In this document: piece by piece, positions 39,345 through 49,714 of the stretch
How positions within the stretch are numbered: the first letter of the stretch is position 1
Layout of the letters: every line of letters begins with the position of its first letter
From: a virus
DNA length: 64,000 nt
Virus record (IMG/VR): IMGVR_UViG_3300027974_000023
Coordinates: 64,826-128,825 of that record
Reading direction: 5' to 3' (one strand)
The notes under the pieces: model-generated
The model's database searches: none
The model's input: only the letters and a program-made list of their open reading frames with translations
What the model was told of the DNA's origin: nothing
Position numbers and translations under genes: made by a program

Positions 39345-40448
39345 ATGCTAAAAGATAGACAAGATGTGCAAACTGAAGCACTTGCTGAATTAGAAAAGCA
39401 TAAAAGAGGTTGTGCTGTTCTTGGAACTGGTGTGGGAAAGACTCTTGTAGGTCTCACACATATGGACCGGAACACATCTCCTATGGATAGAGTTTTGGTT
39501 GTTGCTCCAAAGAAAGCAATTTTTAAATCATGGGAAGATGATGCTGTCAAGTTTGACAAAGATTATCTACTTGGTAGAATAGTATTTACTACTTACTTAA
39601 GTATAAACAAGCATGATCCTAGAGATTATCAAGTTGTTTATCTTGATGAAGCTCATAGTTTACTTGAGAGTCACCGTATCTTTCTAAATGCTTATAAAGG
39701 CAAAATAGTAGGTTTAACAGGTACTCCACCAAAAGTTGACTATAGTATTAAAGGTAAATTAGTAAATGAATTCTGTCCTGTTGTTTATACATTTAAATTA
39801 GATGATGCTGTTGATAATGGTATACTTAATAATTATCAGATCATAGTGCATCAATTGAAACTAGGTACTGATAAAACATTTCCGGTAAGGGCAAATAATA
39901 AAACATTCATGGTGTCTGAAAAAGATAATTATTTATTTTGGTCTAATAAAATAGACATGAGAATGGGTAATTTACAAATGATGAGAATTATGAGAATGAG
40001 GGCTATGATGGAGTATAGAAGTAAGGAGAATTATGTTAAGAAACTTTTTCCTGCAATTTCTAGAAACACTAAAGCTATTTTATTTGCTAATACTCAAGAG
40101 CAAGCAGATAGACTGTGTACTTGGAGTTATCATAGTAACAATCCTGAATCTGATAGAAATTTAGAATTATTCAATGAAGGAGTTACTAATCAACTATCAT
40201 GTGTAATGCAATTAAGTGAAGGTATCAATATTCCTAACTTAAAACAAGGTATTATTATGCATGCTTATGGTAATGAGCGTAAAAGTTCTCAGCGTATAGG
40301 AAGAATGGCCAGATTAAATCCTGATGAAACTGCAATAATTCATATTTTATGTTATATGGATACTATAGATGAGAAATGGGTTACAGAAGCACTTGAAGGT
40401 TTTGATCAAGACAAAATTGAGTGGAAAGATTTCAATATCTCATATTAA
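39345..40448 (+). CDS. superfamily 2 (DEAH) helicase
   Basis: GTGVGKT, LDEAH, GLTGTP, EGINIP, QRIGR. Confidence 0.9.
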   Translation: MLKDRQDVQTEALAELEKHKRGCAVLGTGVGKTLVGLTHMDRNTSPMDRVLVVAPKKAIFKSWEDDAVKFDKDYLLGRIVFTTYLSINKHDPRDYQVVYLDEAHSLLESHRIFLNAYKGKIVGLTGTPPKVDYSIKGKLVNEFCPVVYTFKLDDAVDNGILNNYQIIVHQLKLGTDKTFPVRANNKTFMVSEKDNYLFWSNKIDMRMGNLQMMRIMRMRAMMEYRSKENYVKKLFPAISRNTKAILFANTQEQADRLCTWSYHSNNPESDRNLELFNEGVTNQLSCVMQLSEGINIPNLKQGIIMHAYGNERKSSQRIGRMARLNPDETAIIHILCYMDTIDEKWVTEALEGFDQDKIEWKDFNISY

Positions 40449-40464
40449 TTTACTAACTTATATT

Positions 40465-40719
40465 ATGGAAATTCTTAAAACACACCAAATAGTGATATAT
40501 AATGATGATGAGCATTCATTTCAATATATCATGGCTACTCTAATTAAGTTCTGTGAGCATCATCCACACCAAGCTGAACAATGTGCTATGATAGCTCATA
40601 GTAAAGGTAAGTGTATTGTTAAATCAGGTGAATTCAATGAACTATTTGAAATACATGAGAAACTTAACAGATTAGAAATTAAATCAGACATAGAAGATTA
40701 TGCAAGTGATTTTTATTGA
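40465..40719 (+). CDS. clpS: ClpS-like adaptor protein
   Basis: IVIYNDDEHSFQYI...QAEQCAMIAHSKGKCIVKSG; start reassigned to MEIL. Confidence 0.8.
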   Translation: MEILKTHQIVIYNDDEHSFQYIMATLIKFCEHHPHQAEQCAMIAHSKGKCIVKSGEFNELFEIHEKLNRLEIKSDIEDYASDFY

Positions 40720-41000
40720 TAGTTCAAACAAACCAAAAAATATAGTAGATTCTGAATGGCCAGTTGAAGAAAAAATATATACTCTTAAAAAAGTGTATAA
40801 GATGAATCTTCAACCTGGTGTATTTGGATTTGAACTAATAGAGATATCTCTATCAGATTTATCAGCACCTTATGAATTCTATGATTCTAAAAGATTTGCT
40901 GTAATCATAGGAGAAGAGATGCAAAAAAGAATTTGAAGAAGACATCTTCAAAGAAGAAGAAGTTGAGCTTGAGGCTCTTTAAACCAACCAAATTTTATTT

Positions 41001-41276
41001 ATGACACTTCCAAATTACAAGGACTTGGTCCGTGTTGTTATTGTTGAAGATAATGACAGAAGTATTACAGGCACATTAGGTATAACAGATGAAAGAACAG
41101 AGTTCTTGACTAAATTGATTCACAAACAATTTGAAAATCCACAAACAGTAACAGATATGATGGTTAACATCAGTGAAGAAGTTCTTCATCCAAATGAATT
41201 AGCTTTTTGTATCTATCAACTAGGTAGTACAATTGGTAGAGAAAAAACCATTGGTTCTTTATTTGCTGAAATATAA
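41001..41276 (+). CDS. hypothetical protein (paralog of 35541-35888)
   Basis: LGITDER...HPNE motif. Confidence 0.55.
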   Translation: MTLPNYKDLVRVVIVEDNDRSITGTLGITDERTEFLTKLIHKQFENPQTVTDMMVNISEEVLHPNELAFCIYQLGSTIGREKTIGSLFAEI

Positions 41277-41727
41277 CATGTATTATTCAGAAGAAGAGGT
41301 AGTTTCTGAATTGAAGAAGCTATGTCAAGTTAAAACCCGTGCAAGAGCTGAAGTAGATAAAAAATCTTATCTTATTGCTTTACTTTACTATAAGTTTTTT
41401 GTAACAGAAGAAGTTATTGGCTCCTATTCTGATATGCATCACAGTACTATTAACTATAGTAAGAAAAAGGTTTGTGATTTGTTTGTTACAAAAAACAAAG
41501 GTTTCATGGATAATGTAAATGAATTGTATGAGAAATTTCCATATGATTTTACAGCACCTGAATCTACTGCAAGAATAAAAACAAGCCAAGTTATTAGTTT
41601 TAAGTTAGTCTTAAATGAATACAAAAGAGATCAACTGGTAAGTTACATGAGACACAAGAATATAGATGATGAAACAGAAGCAATGAAAAATTTAATGTTT
41701 AAAGCTTTATCACTATGGGGAAAATGA
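41233..41727 (+). CDS. hypothetical protein, DnaA C-terminal-like HTH motif
   Basis: IG...HHSTINYSKKK resembles DHSTV motif. Confidence 0.4.
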   Translation: MVEKKPLVLYLLKYNMYYSEEEVVSELKKLCQVKTRARAEVDKKSYLIALLYYKFFVTEEVIGSYSDMHHSTINYSKKKVCDLFVTKNKGFMDNVNELYEKFPYDFTAPESTARIKTSQVISFKLVLNEYKRDQLVSYMRHKNIDDETEAMKNLMFKALSLWGK

Positions 41728-41905
41728 AAGAATTGTACATGGATATTGTCCATATGTATGATGGTGAGATTCCAGGTAATCTTACTATAACTGAAGCTCA
41801 AAGAATTGTTGAACAAGAAAAATATGAAAGAAATGGCAAAGGAAGAAGTAAAGAAGGATTACAACACAGTGAACCAGAAAATAGCTGAAAGATTAAAAAG
41901 ATTTA

Positions 41906-42544
41906 ATGCTGAAGCTGACAAAGAAAGACCTAGAACAGGTGAAAAGAAAGAAAAGAAAGTTAATAATGAAGAAGGAGATTAATAAACAATCCGGTGTTAA
42001 TAGCACCGGATTTGTAAAACTACTATTTATGAAAATTATTGTATTATTTATTGGAATTACTACTGTAATTACTGGTTTAATGAGCTTAGGGAAAAGCACT
42101 GAAACAAAAAAAATTGTTAATGAGAAATCTTTTAAGGTAAAAGATACAATCACTGAATCAATAGATAGTTCACTCTTAACTAAAGAGTTATTGGTTAGCT
42201 ATTTACTTCACAAAAAAATCCATCATCCTGAAGTTGCCTATGCAATAATCAGACAGGAGAGCAACATGTGTAGTAATTTGTTTAAAACAAATAATAATTT
42301 ATTTGGTATGAGACATCCTAGAGTAAGACCTACTAAAAGTTTGGGAAGCAAGAAAGGTTTTGCACATTTTGAAAAATGGCAGCATAGTGTACTTGATTAC
42401 AAATTATATTTAGAATTTGTAGGAGGACATAAAATGACAAGAGCTCAATACTTATTACATATTGACAGAAGCTATGCTCATGCTGGTTACAGTACTTACA
42501 TAAGTAAGTTTTTTGATGAGTTTCATGCACTTAAAAATAATTAA
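41906..42544 (+). CDS. membrane-anchored glucosaminidase/lysozyme-like hydrolase
   Basis: TM helix, RQES, NNNLFGM, YA motifs. Confidence 0.7.
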   Translation: MLKLTKKDLEQVKRKKRKLIMKKEINKQSGVNSTGFVKLLFMKIIVLFIGITTVITGLMSLGKSTETKKIVNEKSFKVKDTITESIDSSLLTKELLVSYLLHKKIHHPEVAYAIIRQESNMCSNLFKTNNNLFGMRHPRVRPTKSLGSKKGFAHFEKWQHSVLDYKLYLEFVGGHKMTRAQYLLHIDRSYAHAGYSTYISKFFDEFHALKNN

Positions 42545-42971
42545 GATGAAAGCAAGTGAATTGAGAATTGGAAATTCAATAATGCAAGATGATGAACTTG
42601 TATTCGTTACATGGTGGAGATTAGAGTTAATGGAAAAAAATAAAATTGAGTATAATCCAATATCACTAACAGAAGAATGGTTGTTAAAGTTTGGTTTTAA
42701 ATATAAAAAGTGGGATGATCATTTTATTATTAAAAATGGAGACTATTTTAATTCAATAAAAAAATATGATGACAGTTGGCATTATAATACTGATGAATCA
42801 GAAGCTACATGTTACTATTTAACTACAATTAAATATATTCACCAACTCCAAAACTTATACTTTGCTTTAACTGGTGAAGAATTAACCATTATAGAATGAA
42901 CTTAGTCTACTACATTAATGGTAGATATTACAGCAAGTTCATAGTAGATGCAGATGAAGTAGATTTATTAA

Positions 42972-43334
42972 TTGAACAAATTAAAAAGAAATAAGATGGA
43001 AAATTACTTTGCAACATATAATCAGAGTCTAGCTTTGAAGAAGTTGGGTTTTGATGAACCTTGTTTAATGTATTATGATCATTCATTAAAATTAGTAGAA
43101 TCAGGAGTTTATGAATGTTTAGCACCACTTAAACAACAAGTGTTTAGATGGTTTAGAGAGAAGTATGATCTTCATTGTACTATTACATCTATAAGTCAAG
43201 AATCATGGCAATGGCACATTCAAAAACCTGGTCAACAATTAGGTGAACTGTATAATGAAGACTATTATACATATGAAGAAGCAGAACAAGCCTGCTTAGA
43301 TAAACTAATAGAAATAATTAAAAAGAAATCATGA
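42972..43334 (+). CDS. hypothetical phage protein
   Basis: LKKLGFDEPC, APLKQQVFRWFREK, YEEAE. Confidence 0.55.
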   Translation: MNKLKRNKMENYFATYNQSLALKKLGFDEPCLMYYDHSLKLVESGVYECLAPLKQQVFRWFREKYDLHCTITSISQESWQWHIQKPGQQLGELYNEDYYTYEEAEQACLDKLIEIIKKKS

Positions 43335-43353
43335 AAGATATATTAATATTAGC

Positions 43354-44196
43354 ATGGGCAATAACAATGGGGTTGTTGATGTCATATACTTTAAAAAAGA
43401 AATCATGAAAAATATACACATAATTCCAACAGACCAACCAAGTAGGTTATTCAAATTTGCAAATGAATTGCATTTAGATACTATTCCAAAAGATTATTAT
43501 AAAAAATACAACATCAACATAACATCTGATGAAGAGATTAAAGAAAATGATTTTGTTTACAGTACAAAACAAGATTACAACATTCAAAAAGTTTCTAAAG
43601 AGCTTGTACAAGTATATAGAGATTGTGGGCATTGTAAAAAAATAATCCTAACAACAGACACAATTCTAATTGCAGATGGTGTTCAAGAGATTGATAATTC
43701 ATTTTTAGAATGGTTTGTTAAGAATCCAAGTTGTGAGTTTGCTGAAGTAAAAAAAACTTATAAAAATTGGTATGTATCAGGTTCTCTTGCTCCTGACCTA
43801 AAGTTAGTTTACAGAATCATCATACCACAAGAAGAACCTAAACAAGATTTAGAAAAAGAAATGTTTGAGTTAGAACAGCAACTTGATATACCATCATCTA
43901 TGAGGTGGCACAATTCTAAACCTAAACAATCTACATTAGAAGAAGCTGCTGAACATAATTATCCTGGTGGTGATGTTTGGACTGAAGAACAAGCTGTGAT
44001 TAGAAGACTTGCTTTTAAAAATGGTGCTAAATGGCAAACTGAAAGAATGTATAGTGAGGAAGATATAAAGCCTTTGATTGATTTCATTAAAGATTGTGAA
44101 TCTAACTGGGATTGTGATGAGGACAGTCATAGATATAATACACCTTGTAGAATCTGTGAAGCGCAGAAAGTAATGGAGCAATTTAAAAAGAAATAA
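43354..44196 (+). CDS. mosaic hypothetical phage protein
   Basis: KKIILTTD...DGVQ, TLEEAAE, GAKWQ..RMYSEED short modules. Confidence 0.55.
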   Translation: MGNNNGVVDVIYFKKEIMKNIHIIPTDQPSRLFKFANELHLDTIPKDYYKKYNINITSDEEIKENDFVYSTKQDYNIQKVSKELVQVYRDCGHCKKIILTTDTILIADGVQEIDNSFLEWFVKNPSCEFAEVKKTYKNWYVSGSLAPDLKLVYRIIIPQEEPKQDLEKEMFELEQQLDIPSSMRWHNSKPKQSTLEEAAEHNYPGGDVWTEEQAVIRRLAFKNGAKWQTERMYSEEDIKPLIDFIKDCESNWDCDEDSHRYNTPCRICEAQKVMEQFKKK

Positions 44197-44469
44197 GATG
44201 GAAATATATGGTAGCACTATTTGGGTAAACCCAGAAGAAACTAAAGAATGGTATCAATTAAGGGTAATAAGTCAATGGGATTGGGATTCAAAAGCAATTT
44301 GTTTTCAAAACTTAGACGGACATATTATTAGTTACAAATTAATGCACTGTACAGTACAGCAGTCAAGTACGTATCAATGTAAGACTATAGATATTATTAC
44401 TGATGAGATGAAAGAAGAATTAATTAATCAAGGTTATACAATTTCAAATAAAGTTTAAAAAGAAATAAT

Positions 44470-45282
44470 ATGAAAGATTATAGTAAAGAAAACTTAGATG
44501 TTACACATTACAGAAATGGTGATCCTATTCCTTATGTAAAATCTAAAAAGAAATGGGAAGCATTGACAACAGGTGCTTATTGTTATTATGATAATGAAAT
44601 TGAAAAAGTTGTATTATATAATTGGCATGCTGTAAATGATTCCAGAGGACTTGCCCCTGAAGGATGGAAAATTCCTAAAATAGAAGAATTTGAATTACTA
44701 GATCTAAGTACTGATCTTCCGGGCGGTTTCCGCTACCTCAATGGGAGTTACAACTCCATTGGCTACTACGGTTACTGGTGGAGTTCTTCAGAGTACCTTA
44801 CAAACAATGCTTGGACCCGCTTCCTGAATAGCACCAATGGCAATGCGGCCAGAAACTTCTATGATAAGAGAAATGGGTTCTCTGTTAGGTGTTTGAAAGA
44901 TGAGGTAATAATAAATAAAAGTGAAAACATGGAAGTAGTAATAGATGGAATAGTATATGTTCCTAAAGAATTAGAAAAAAAAGTTGAACCTGTAATTGTA
45001 GAAAAGAATTATAAGTTTGAATTGCATCCCATCATATCAACTAATAAATTAAACTGGGATGATGCAGTAGCATATGCAAAAAGTTTAGGGGATGATTGGA
45101 GATTACCAACCATTGAAGAATGCTTTATTATGTACAATAATAAAATAATTACAGAAGATGTGTATTGGAGTAGTTCGGAGGACTATAGTAACAACGCTTG
45201 GTACTTCTACTTCTTCAATGGGATTGCCAACTTCACCAATAAGCTCAGTACTTGCTTCGTGCGCGCAGTTAGGTCACTTTAA
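44470..45282 (+). CDS. fused FISUMP (Fib_succ_major) + DUF1566/Lcl-type C-lectin-fold protein; putative DGR target
   Basis: NLDVTHYRNGDPIP, LYNWHAV, APEGWKIP, YWWSSS, GFSVRCLKD; then NWDDA, WRLPT, YWSSSE, VRAVR. Confidence 0.85.
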   Translation: MKDYSKENLDVTHYRNGDPIPYVKSKKKWEALTTGAYCYYDNEIEKVVLYNWHAVNDSRGLAPEGWKIPKIEEFELLDLSTDLPGGFRYLNGSYNSIGYYGYWWSSSEYLTNNAWTRFLNSTNGNAARNFYDKRNGFSVRCLKDEVIINKSENMEVVIDGIVYVPKELEKKVEPVIVEKNYKFELHPIISTNKLNWDDAVAYAKSLGDDWRLPTIEECFIMYNNKIITEDVYWSSSEDYSNNAWYFYFFNGIANFTNKLSTCFVRAVRSL

Positions 45283-46190
45283 AAATAATATGGACACAGC
45301 ACATGAAATTGCAGTAGAAGTTTGGAATAACTACATTGCAAGACCTAACAATGATCCTGAAAAGCATAGATTTAGCTTCAAAGATTTAGAAAAAGCTATT
45401 AACTTAAAACTAAAAGAAAATGTGGAAAAAGATTAAAAGATTATTTTGTAAGCACACATATGTACCAAGTGTAACTCCTGGGTATCACATATGTATAGAT
45501 TGTTATAAACATAAAAAGTTGATATGAAAACAGCAGTAGAATGGTTGGTTGAACAAATGATTAAATGTGAATTATTACCTAAAAGTATTCATCCTGATAA
45601 TGTGTTATTCCATAATGCCAAAGAAATGGAAAAAAATAATACTGATAACAAGGTTATTCACTTTGCAGAATGGCTAACTAATAAGCATACAACAACATTA
45701 ATTACATTGTATGAACAGTTTGAAGAAGAACATTATAAAGAAAATTATGAAAGCAACATTTGAATTTGATATGAATGAGCCTGATGATGTAATGGAGCAT
45801 AGAAGAATGTCTCATTCTCTTGGTATGGCTTTAGTATTATGGGAACTTAAAAATAATGCAAAAAGAAAAATGGAAGATATTATAGATTCTTCTGATATTG
45901 AACCATTATCAGGTCAAGATACTTTAGATAAATTTTTTGATCTATTTTATGAACTTATGGAGGATCAAGGTATAAATATTGACAACTTAATACAGTAATT
46001 ATGGAACAAACAATTCCCCATGAAGAAAATGTAAAAAACTATACTGTTGTAAGGCATGTAATGTTTTATCCAAAAACTAGTAGAGTAAGTCTTGATGACT
46101 TAAGAAAGTTTTTTACTCTAGAGGCTATTGCTTCTTTTATTCAGTATGATTACATAGTAAGAGATTGTACAACTATTAAACCAAAGAAGA

Positions 46191-46850
46191 ATGCAGACTA
46201 AATTAATATCTATAACTCAGTCACAGATTGAAGGAGTTAATAGTCCAGAAGAACTTATTGTATATACTGCAAGAGTTAGTAATCCGGAGAATCAGATGAA
46301 TATGGAAACAGCAGATAAGTTGTTGAAGTATTTAATTAAGCATAAGCACTGGAGTCCATTTGAGATGGTTGACCTTACTGTAGAGATAAAGACTAGTAGA
46401 GCTATTGCTGCTCAGATACTAAGACATAGATCTTTTTCATTCCAAGAGTTCTCTCAAAGATACTCTGCTGTAGCAGAGATTGAGACTATTCAGTTAAGAG
46501 CAGCCGGAGCTACCAACAGACAGTCAAGTCTTGAACCATGTAATCCTACTTTATTTAATTCTCCATTATATGCTGAGGATATAATTAATGAACATTTAGA
46601 AAATTCTCAACAACTTTATGAAGAACTAATAAATAAAGGAGTTGCTAAAGAATGTGCGCGTATGGTACTACCATTAGCAACAAGTAGTACACTTTATGTT
46701 AAAGGTTCAGTAAGATCTTGGATACATTACTTACAGATTAGATGTGATGAGACAACTCAGTTAGAGCACAGAGAAATTGCTTTAAACATCTTAGATATCT
46801 TCAAGGTACAGTTTCCAAACATATATCAAGCTATATTTAGTTATGACTAA
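46191..46850 (+). CDS. thyX: FAD-dependent thymidylate synthase
   Basis: HWSPFE, RHRSFSFQEFSQRY, ECARMVLP, TQLEHR. Confidence 0.95.
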   Translation: MQTKLISITQSQIEGVNSPEELIVYTARVSNPENQMNMETADKLLKYLIKHKHWSPFEMVDLTVEIKTSRAIAAQILRHRSFSFQEFSQRYSAVAEIETIQLRAAGATNRQSSLEPCNPTLFNSPLYAEDIINEHLENSQQLYEELINKGVAKECARMVLPLATSSTLYVKGSVRSWIHYLQIRCDETTQLEHREIALNILDIFKVQFPNIYQAIFSYD

Positions 46851-47100
46851 ACTAGAAGCAGTTTTACTTAAGGTTGAGCTGACTACTAAACAAGAAGTAT
46901 TGCTAAATTTCAGAAAACAGTTTAAGTATAGAAGTTCTCATTCTGCTTGTATTTATGTAATTACAGAAATAGATAAGTTGAATCTGGAAATTGAAAAACT
47001 TAATGAACATTTTAAAAAGAACCCATGAAAAAAGTTGTAACCTGGATAAGAGATATGTTTAATTTGCTTATTATTTCTTTTATCTATAAAAAAGACTAAT

Positions 47101-47280
47101 ATGCCTGATATTTCATTATGTAGTGAAAGCACATGTCCGCTTAGTAAAACCTGCTATAGATTTTTAGCAACCCCTAGTACTCCACAGTGGTACAGTATGT
47201 ACACTCCAGGAGAAAATTGTAAAAGTTATATTGATATAAATGAAAAAAAGAAGAGAAGCAAGTCCAAGTCTTCTTCATAG
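47101..47280 (+). CDS. small Cys-rich protein
   Basis: Manual translation MPDISLCSESTCPLSKTCYRFLATP... Confidence 0.55.
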   Translation: MPDISLCSESTCPLSKTCYRFLATPSTPQWYSMYTPGENCKSYIDINEKKKRSKSKSSS

Positions 47281-47659
47281 TATTTGTAATGAACATGCTT
47301 TAATATGTGAAAACACAGACAAGAATCTTTATTATCACTGGTTTACACAATTAAGCAAAAGTCCTAGAAGTTTTACATTTAAACCTTTTATGGCTTTAGC
47401 TGAAATAAACCTTAATCATTTTATGGGTATAATTGATGATTCTGAGAGAGAAGGTTTGATAAGATTGTTTGATGTAAATAATTTTAAAGATGATCTTTAC
47501 ATAGCTCTTGCTAGTTTAGAATTTTACAGAACTCAGAGACTTGAACAGTTTGGTTTGTTCAAAGATTACAAAGATCACTATGAAGAAGCTGCTCTTAACT
47601 ATAAAGATAAAATCTTTACTGTTGAAGTAATGTTGTCTTATGTTAAATACTCAACCTAA
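47240..47659 (+). CDS. hypothetical protein
   Basis: ORF track. Confidence 0.5.
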   Translation: MKKRREASPSLLHSICNEHALICENTDKNLYYHWFTQLSKSPRSFTFKPFMALAEINLNHFMGIIDDSEREGLIRLFDVNNFKDDLYIALASLEFYRTQRLEQFGLFKDYKDHYEEAALNYKDKIFTVEVMLSYVKYST

Positions 47660-48034
47660 ATGTTTACAGGAAAACTAATTAAGAAAGATGGTAAGCTTAC
47701 TTATTCTCATCCAAAGGATAAGTTGGCCTATGAACTGTTCCTACAGAAGTTACCTGAGGGGCAGGAAATTGAAATGTATATTGATCTTGCTAATGCAGAT
47801 CATAGTAGAGCACAGATTAATAAAGTCCATGCTTGTATTAGAGAATTAGCCAAAGAATCCGGCTATACTTTTGAAGAAATGAAGAAGATTATTAAGGAAA
47901 GATCTGGTCTTTGCTACACAGACTCTGAAGGTGAGTATTGTAAATCCTTTGGAGAGTGTACAAAAGACCAAATCATGCTTAGTATTGAAGCTTGTATTGA
48001 AATAGGAGTCGAATTGAATGTTAACCTTCGGTAG
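47660..48034 (+). CDS. NinB-like protein
   Basis: SRAQINKVHACIRELAKESGYTFEEMK pattern. Confidence 0.5.
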   Translation: MFTGKLIKKDGKLTYSHPKDKLAYELFLQKLPEGQEIEMYIDLANADHSRAQINKVHACIRELAKESGYTFEEMKKIIKERSGLCYTDSEGEYCKSFGECTKDQIMLSIEACIEIGVELNVNLR

Positions 48035-48332
48035 GTGCAACATAACCTTCATCACCTGGTTCTAATACTTCTTTTTCATTAAATAAACCTTGAAGTTGAG
48101 CTTGTGCTTCAATTTCTGCAACTAATAAAGTTACAGTATGAAGTGATTTTTGGTTATCATCAAGCTCATTATAGGGTTTATTACCAATTTCTTTAAGGTA
48201 ATCTTCTGATTTATCTTCTTTAATCATTTTACCTACAAGATCAAATGCTAAATTTTTTACCATGAAGTAGTAACCTTTACTTACTGGTATTTTAACAATT
48301 GCATCATCTTTTAATTCTTTAACTTTAATCAT
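48021..48332 (-). CDS. hypothetical protein, counter-oriented
   Basis: Fills the gap between plus-strand genes; protein-like composition. Confidence 0.65.
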   Translation of the reverse strand: MIKVKELKDDAIVKIPVSKGYYFMVKNLAFDLVGKMIKEDKSEDYLKEIGNKPYNELDDNQKSLHTVTLLVAEIEAQAQLQGLFNEKEVLEPGDEGYVAPTEG

Positions 48333-48367
48333 AGCTGGTTAATTTTAATAACAAAAATATTTATTTT

Positions 48368-49093
48368 ATGAGTCAAAACCTAAACATTGAGGAAATTAAG
48401 GAGAAATTTTATCAGAAACTTTTACTATCTGGTTGGGGAAGAGTGTTGAAGTCTTTCATATTTAGTGGTGACTTTGACAATATCATTTTTCAATTAGTTA
48501 AGAAGAGTAACACCGGGGAAAAGTTTACACCCCTTTTTAAAGATTTATTTAGAGCATTTGAAGAATGTCCTTACGATCAACTTTGTGTTGTCATTGTAGG
48601 TCAAGATCCTTACCCTACAATAAATGTGGCCGATGGAATTGCTTTTAGCTGTAGCAAAACTAAAATACCACAAGATGTACAACCAAGCTTAAAGCATATG
48701 CTACAAGAAGTAAATAGAACTGTGTATGAAGATGAGTATGTTAGTTATGAACCTGATCTCAGTAGATGGTCTAATCAAGGTATTTTACTTTTAAACACAG
48801 CTCTGACAACTACAGTAGGTAAAATTGGTGTCCATTATGATATCTGGAAACCATTCACTGCATATTTATTTGACTGGTTGAATAATTATCATAATGGTCT
48901 TGTGTATATTTACATGGGTAAAAAAGCACAAGAGTGGGATGAGTTAGTTTCTTCAGATAATAACATAAAGTATTCAACTTTACATCCAGCAAGTGCTGTT
49001 TACAGTTCAAATAAGAAATGGGATTCTAAAGGTATTTTTGTTAAAGTTTCTGAAGATGTATTTAATAATTATGGTAAAGAACTGATATGGTAG
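48368..49093 (+). CDS. ung: uracil-DNA glycosylase (family 1)
   Basis: VGQDPY, GIAFS, QGILLLNTALT, HPAS. Confidence 0.93.
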   Translation: MSQNLNIEEIKEKFYQKLLLSGWGRVLKSFIFSGDFDNIIFQLVKKSNTGEKFTPLFKDLFRAFEECPYDQLCVVIVGQDPYPTINVADGIAFSCSKTKIPQDVQPSLKHMLQEVNRTVYEDEYVSYEPDLSRWSNQGILLLNTALTTTVGKIGVHYDIWKPFTAYLFDWLNNYHNGLVYIYMGKKAQEWDELVSSDNNIKYSTLHPASAVYSSNKKWDSKGIFVKVSEDVFNNYGKELIW

Positions 49094-49674
49094 AAGTATT
49101 TAATAGACTGATTCAAGAAGGAATTACTCCAAATAATTTTTATATTCTTACATGCTTGAAAAACAAAATTATACCTCATAAATTTGTAAGTAAAGAACTA
49201 GCTTATAGTGTATTAAAAGCAAATGACTGGTTGTCAGAAGATTTGCAATTAACATCTAAAAGCATTATCTTTATGGAAGAAATATCAGGATATTTCAAAA
49301 AAGTCAAGAAGAAAGTTAACTCAGATCTTATGGGAACAGACTATGTGGCAAACATTGAAACTTATGTTGAATTGTTTCCAGATAGAAAACTCAGCTCCGG
49401 TAGATATGCTAGAGTAAATCCAAAGAACTTAGATGGTGCTTTTAAATGGTTTTTTGAGACTTATGATTACACATGGGAAACAATATTGCAAGCAACTGAA
49501 AAATATGTATCTGAATATGAAATGAAAAGATTTGAGTATATGAGAACTTCACAATACTTCTTAAGAAAGCAAAACCTGGACAAGTCTTTTGAGTCAGAAC
49601 TAGCTAATTATTGTGACTTGGTTATTTCTGGAGCAGGAGAAATGCCAAACTATTTTAAGGAAACCATTGTATAG
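49087..49674 (+). CDS. replication-associated protein upstream of DnaB
   Basis: Overlaps ung, precedes helicase; positional inference. Confidence 0.45.
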   Translation: MVEVFNRLIQEGITPNNFYILTCLKNKIIPHKFVSKELAYSVLKANDWLSEDLQLTSKSIIFMEEISGYFKKVKKKVNSDLMGTDYVANIETYVELFPDRKLSSGRYARVNPKNLDGAFKWFFETYDYTWETILQATEKYVSEYEMKRFEYMRTSQYFLRKQNLDKSFESELANYCDLVISGAGEMPNYFKETIV

Positions 49675-49714
49675 TCATACAATGTAATTATGTATATCTG
49701 TAATTAATCACAAA

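Noticed and set aside
28195-43334. Shared YEEAE motif between ORFs 28195 and 42972
   Set aside because: Too short and too common in small phage proteins to support a claim.
45158-45436. 92-aa ORF overlapping the second variable region
   Set aside because: The N-terminal half is an alternate frame of the variable region; the real gene probably starts at MDTAHE (45290).
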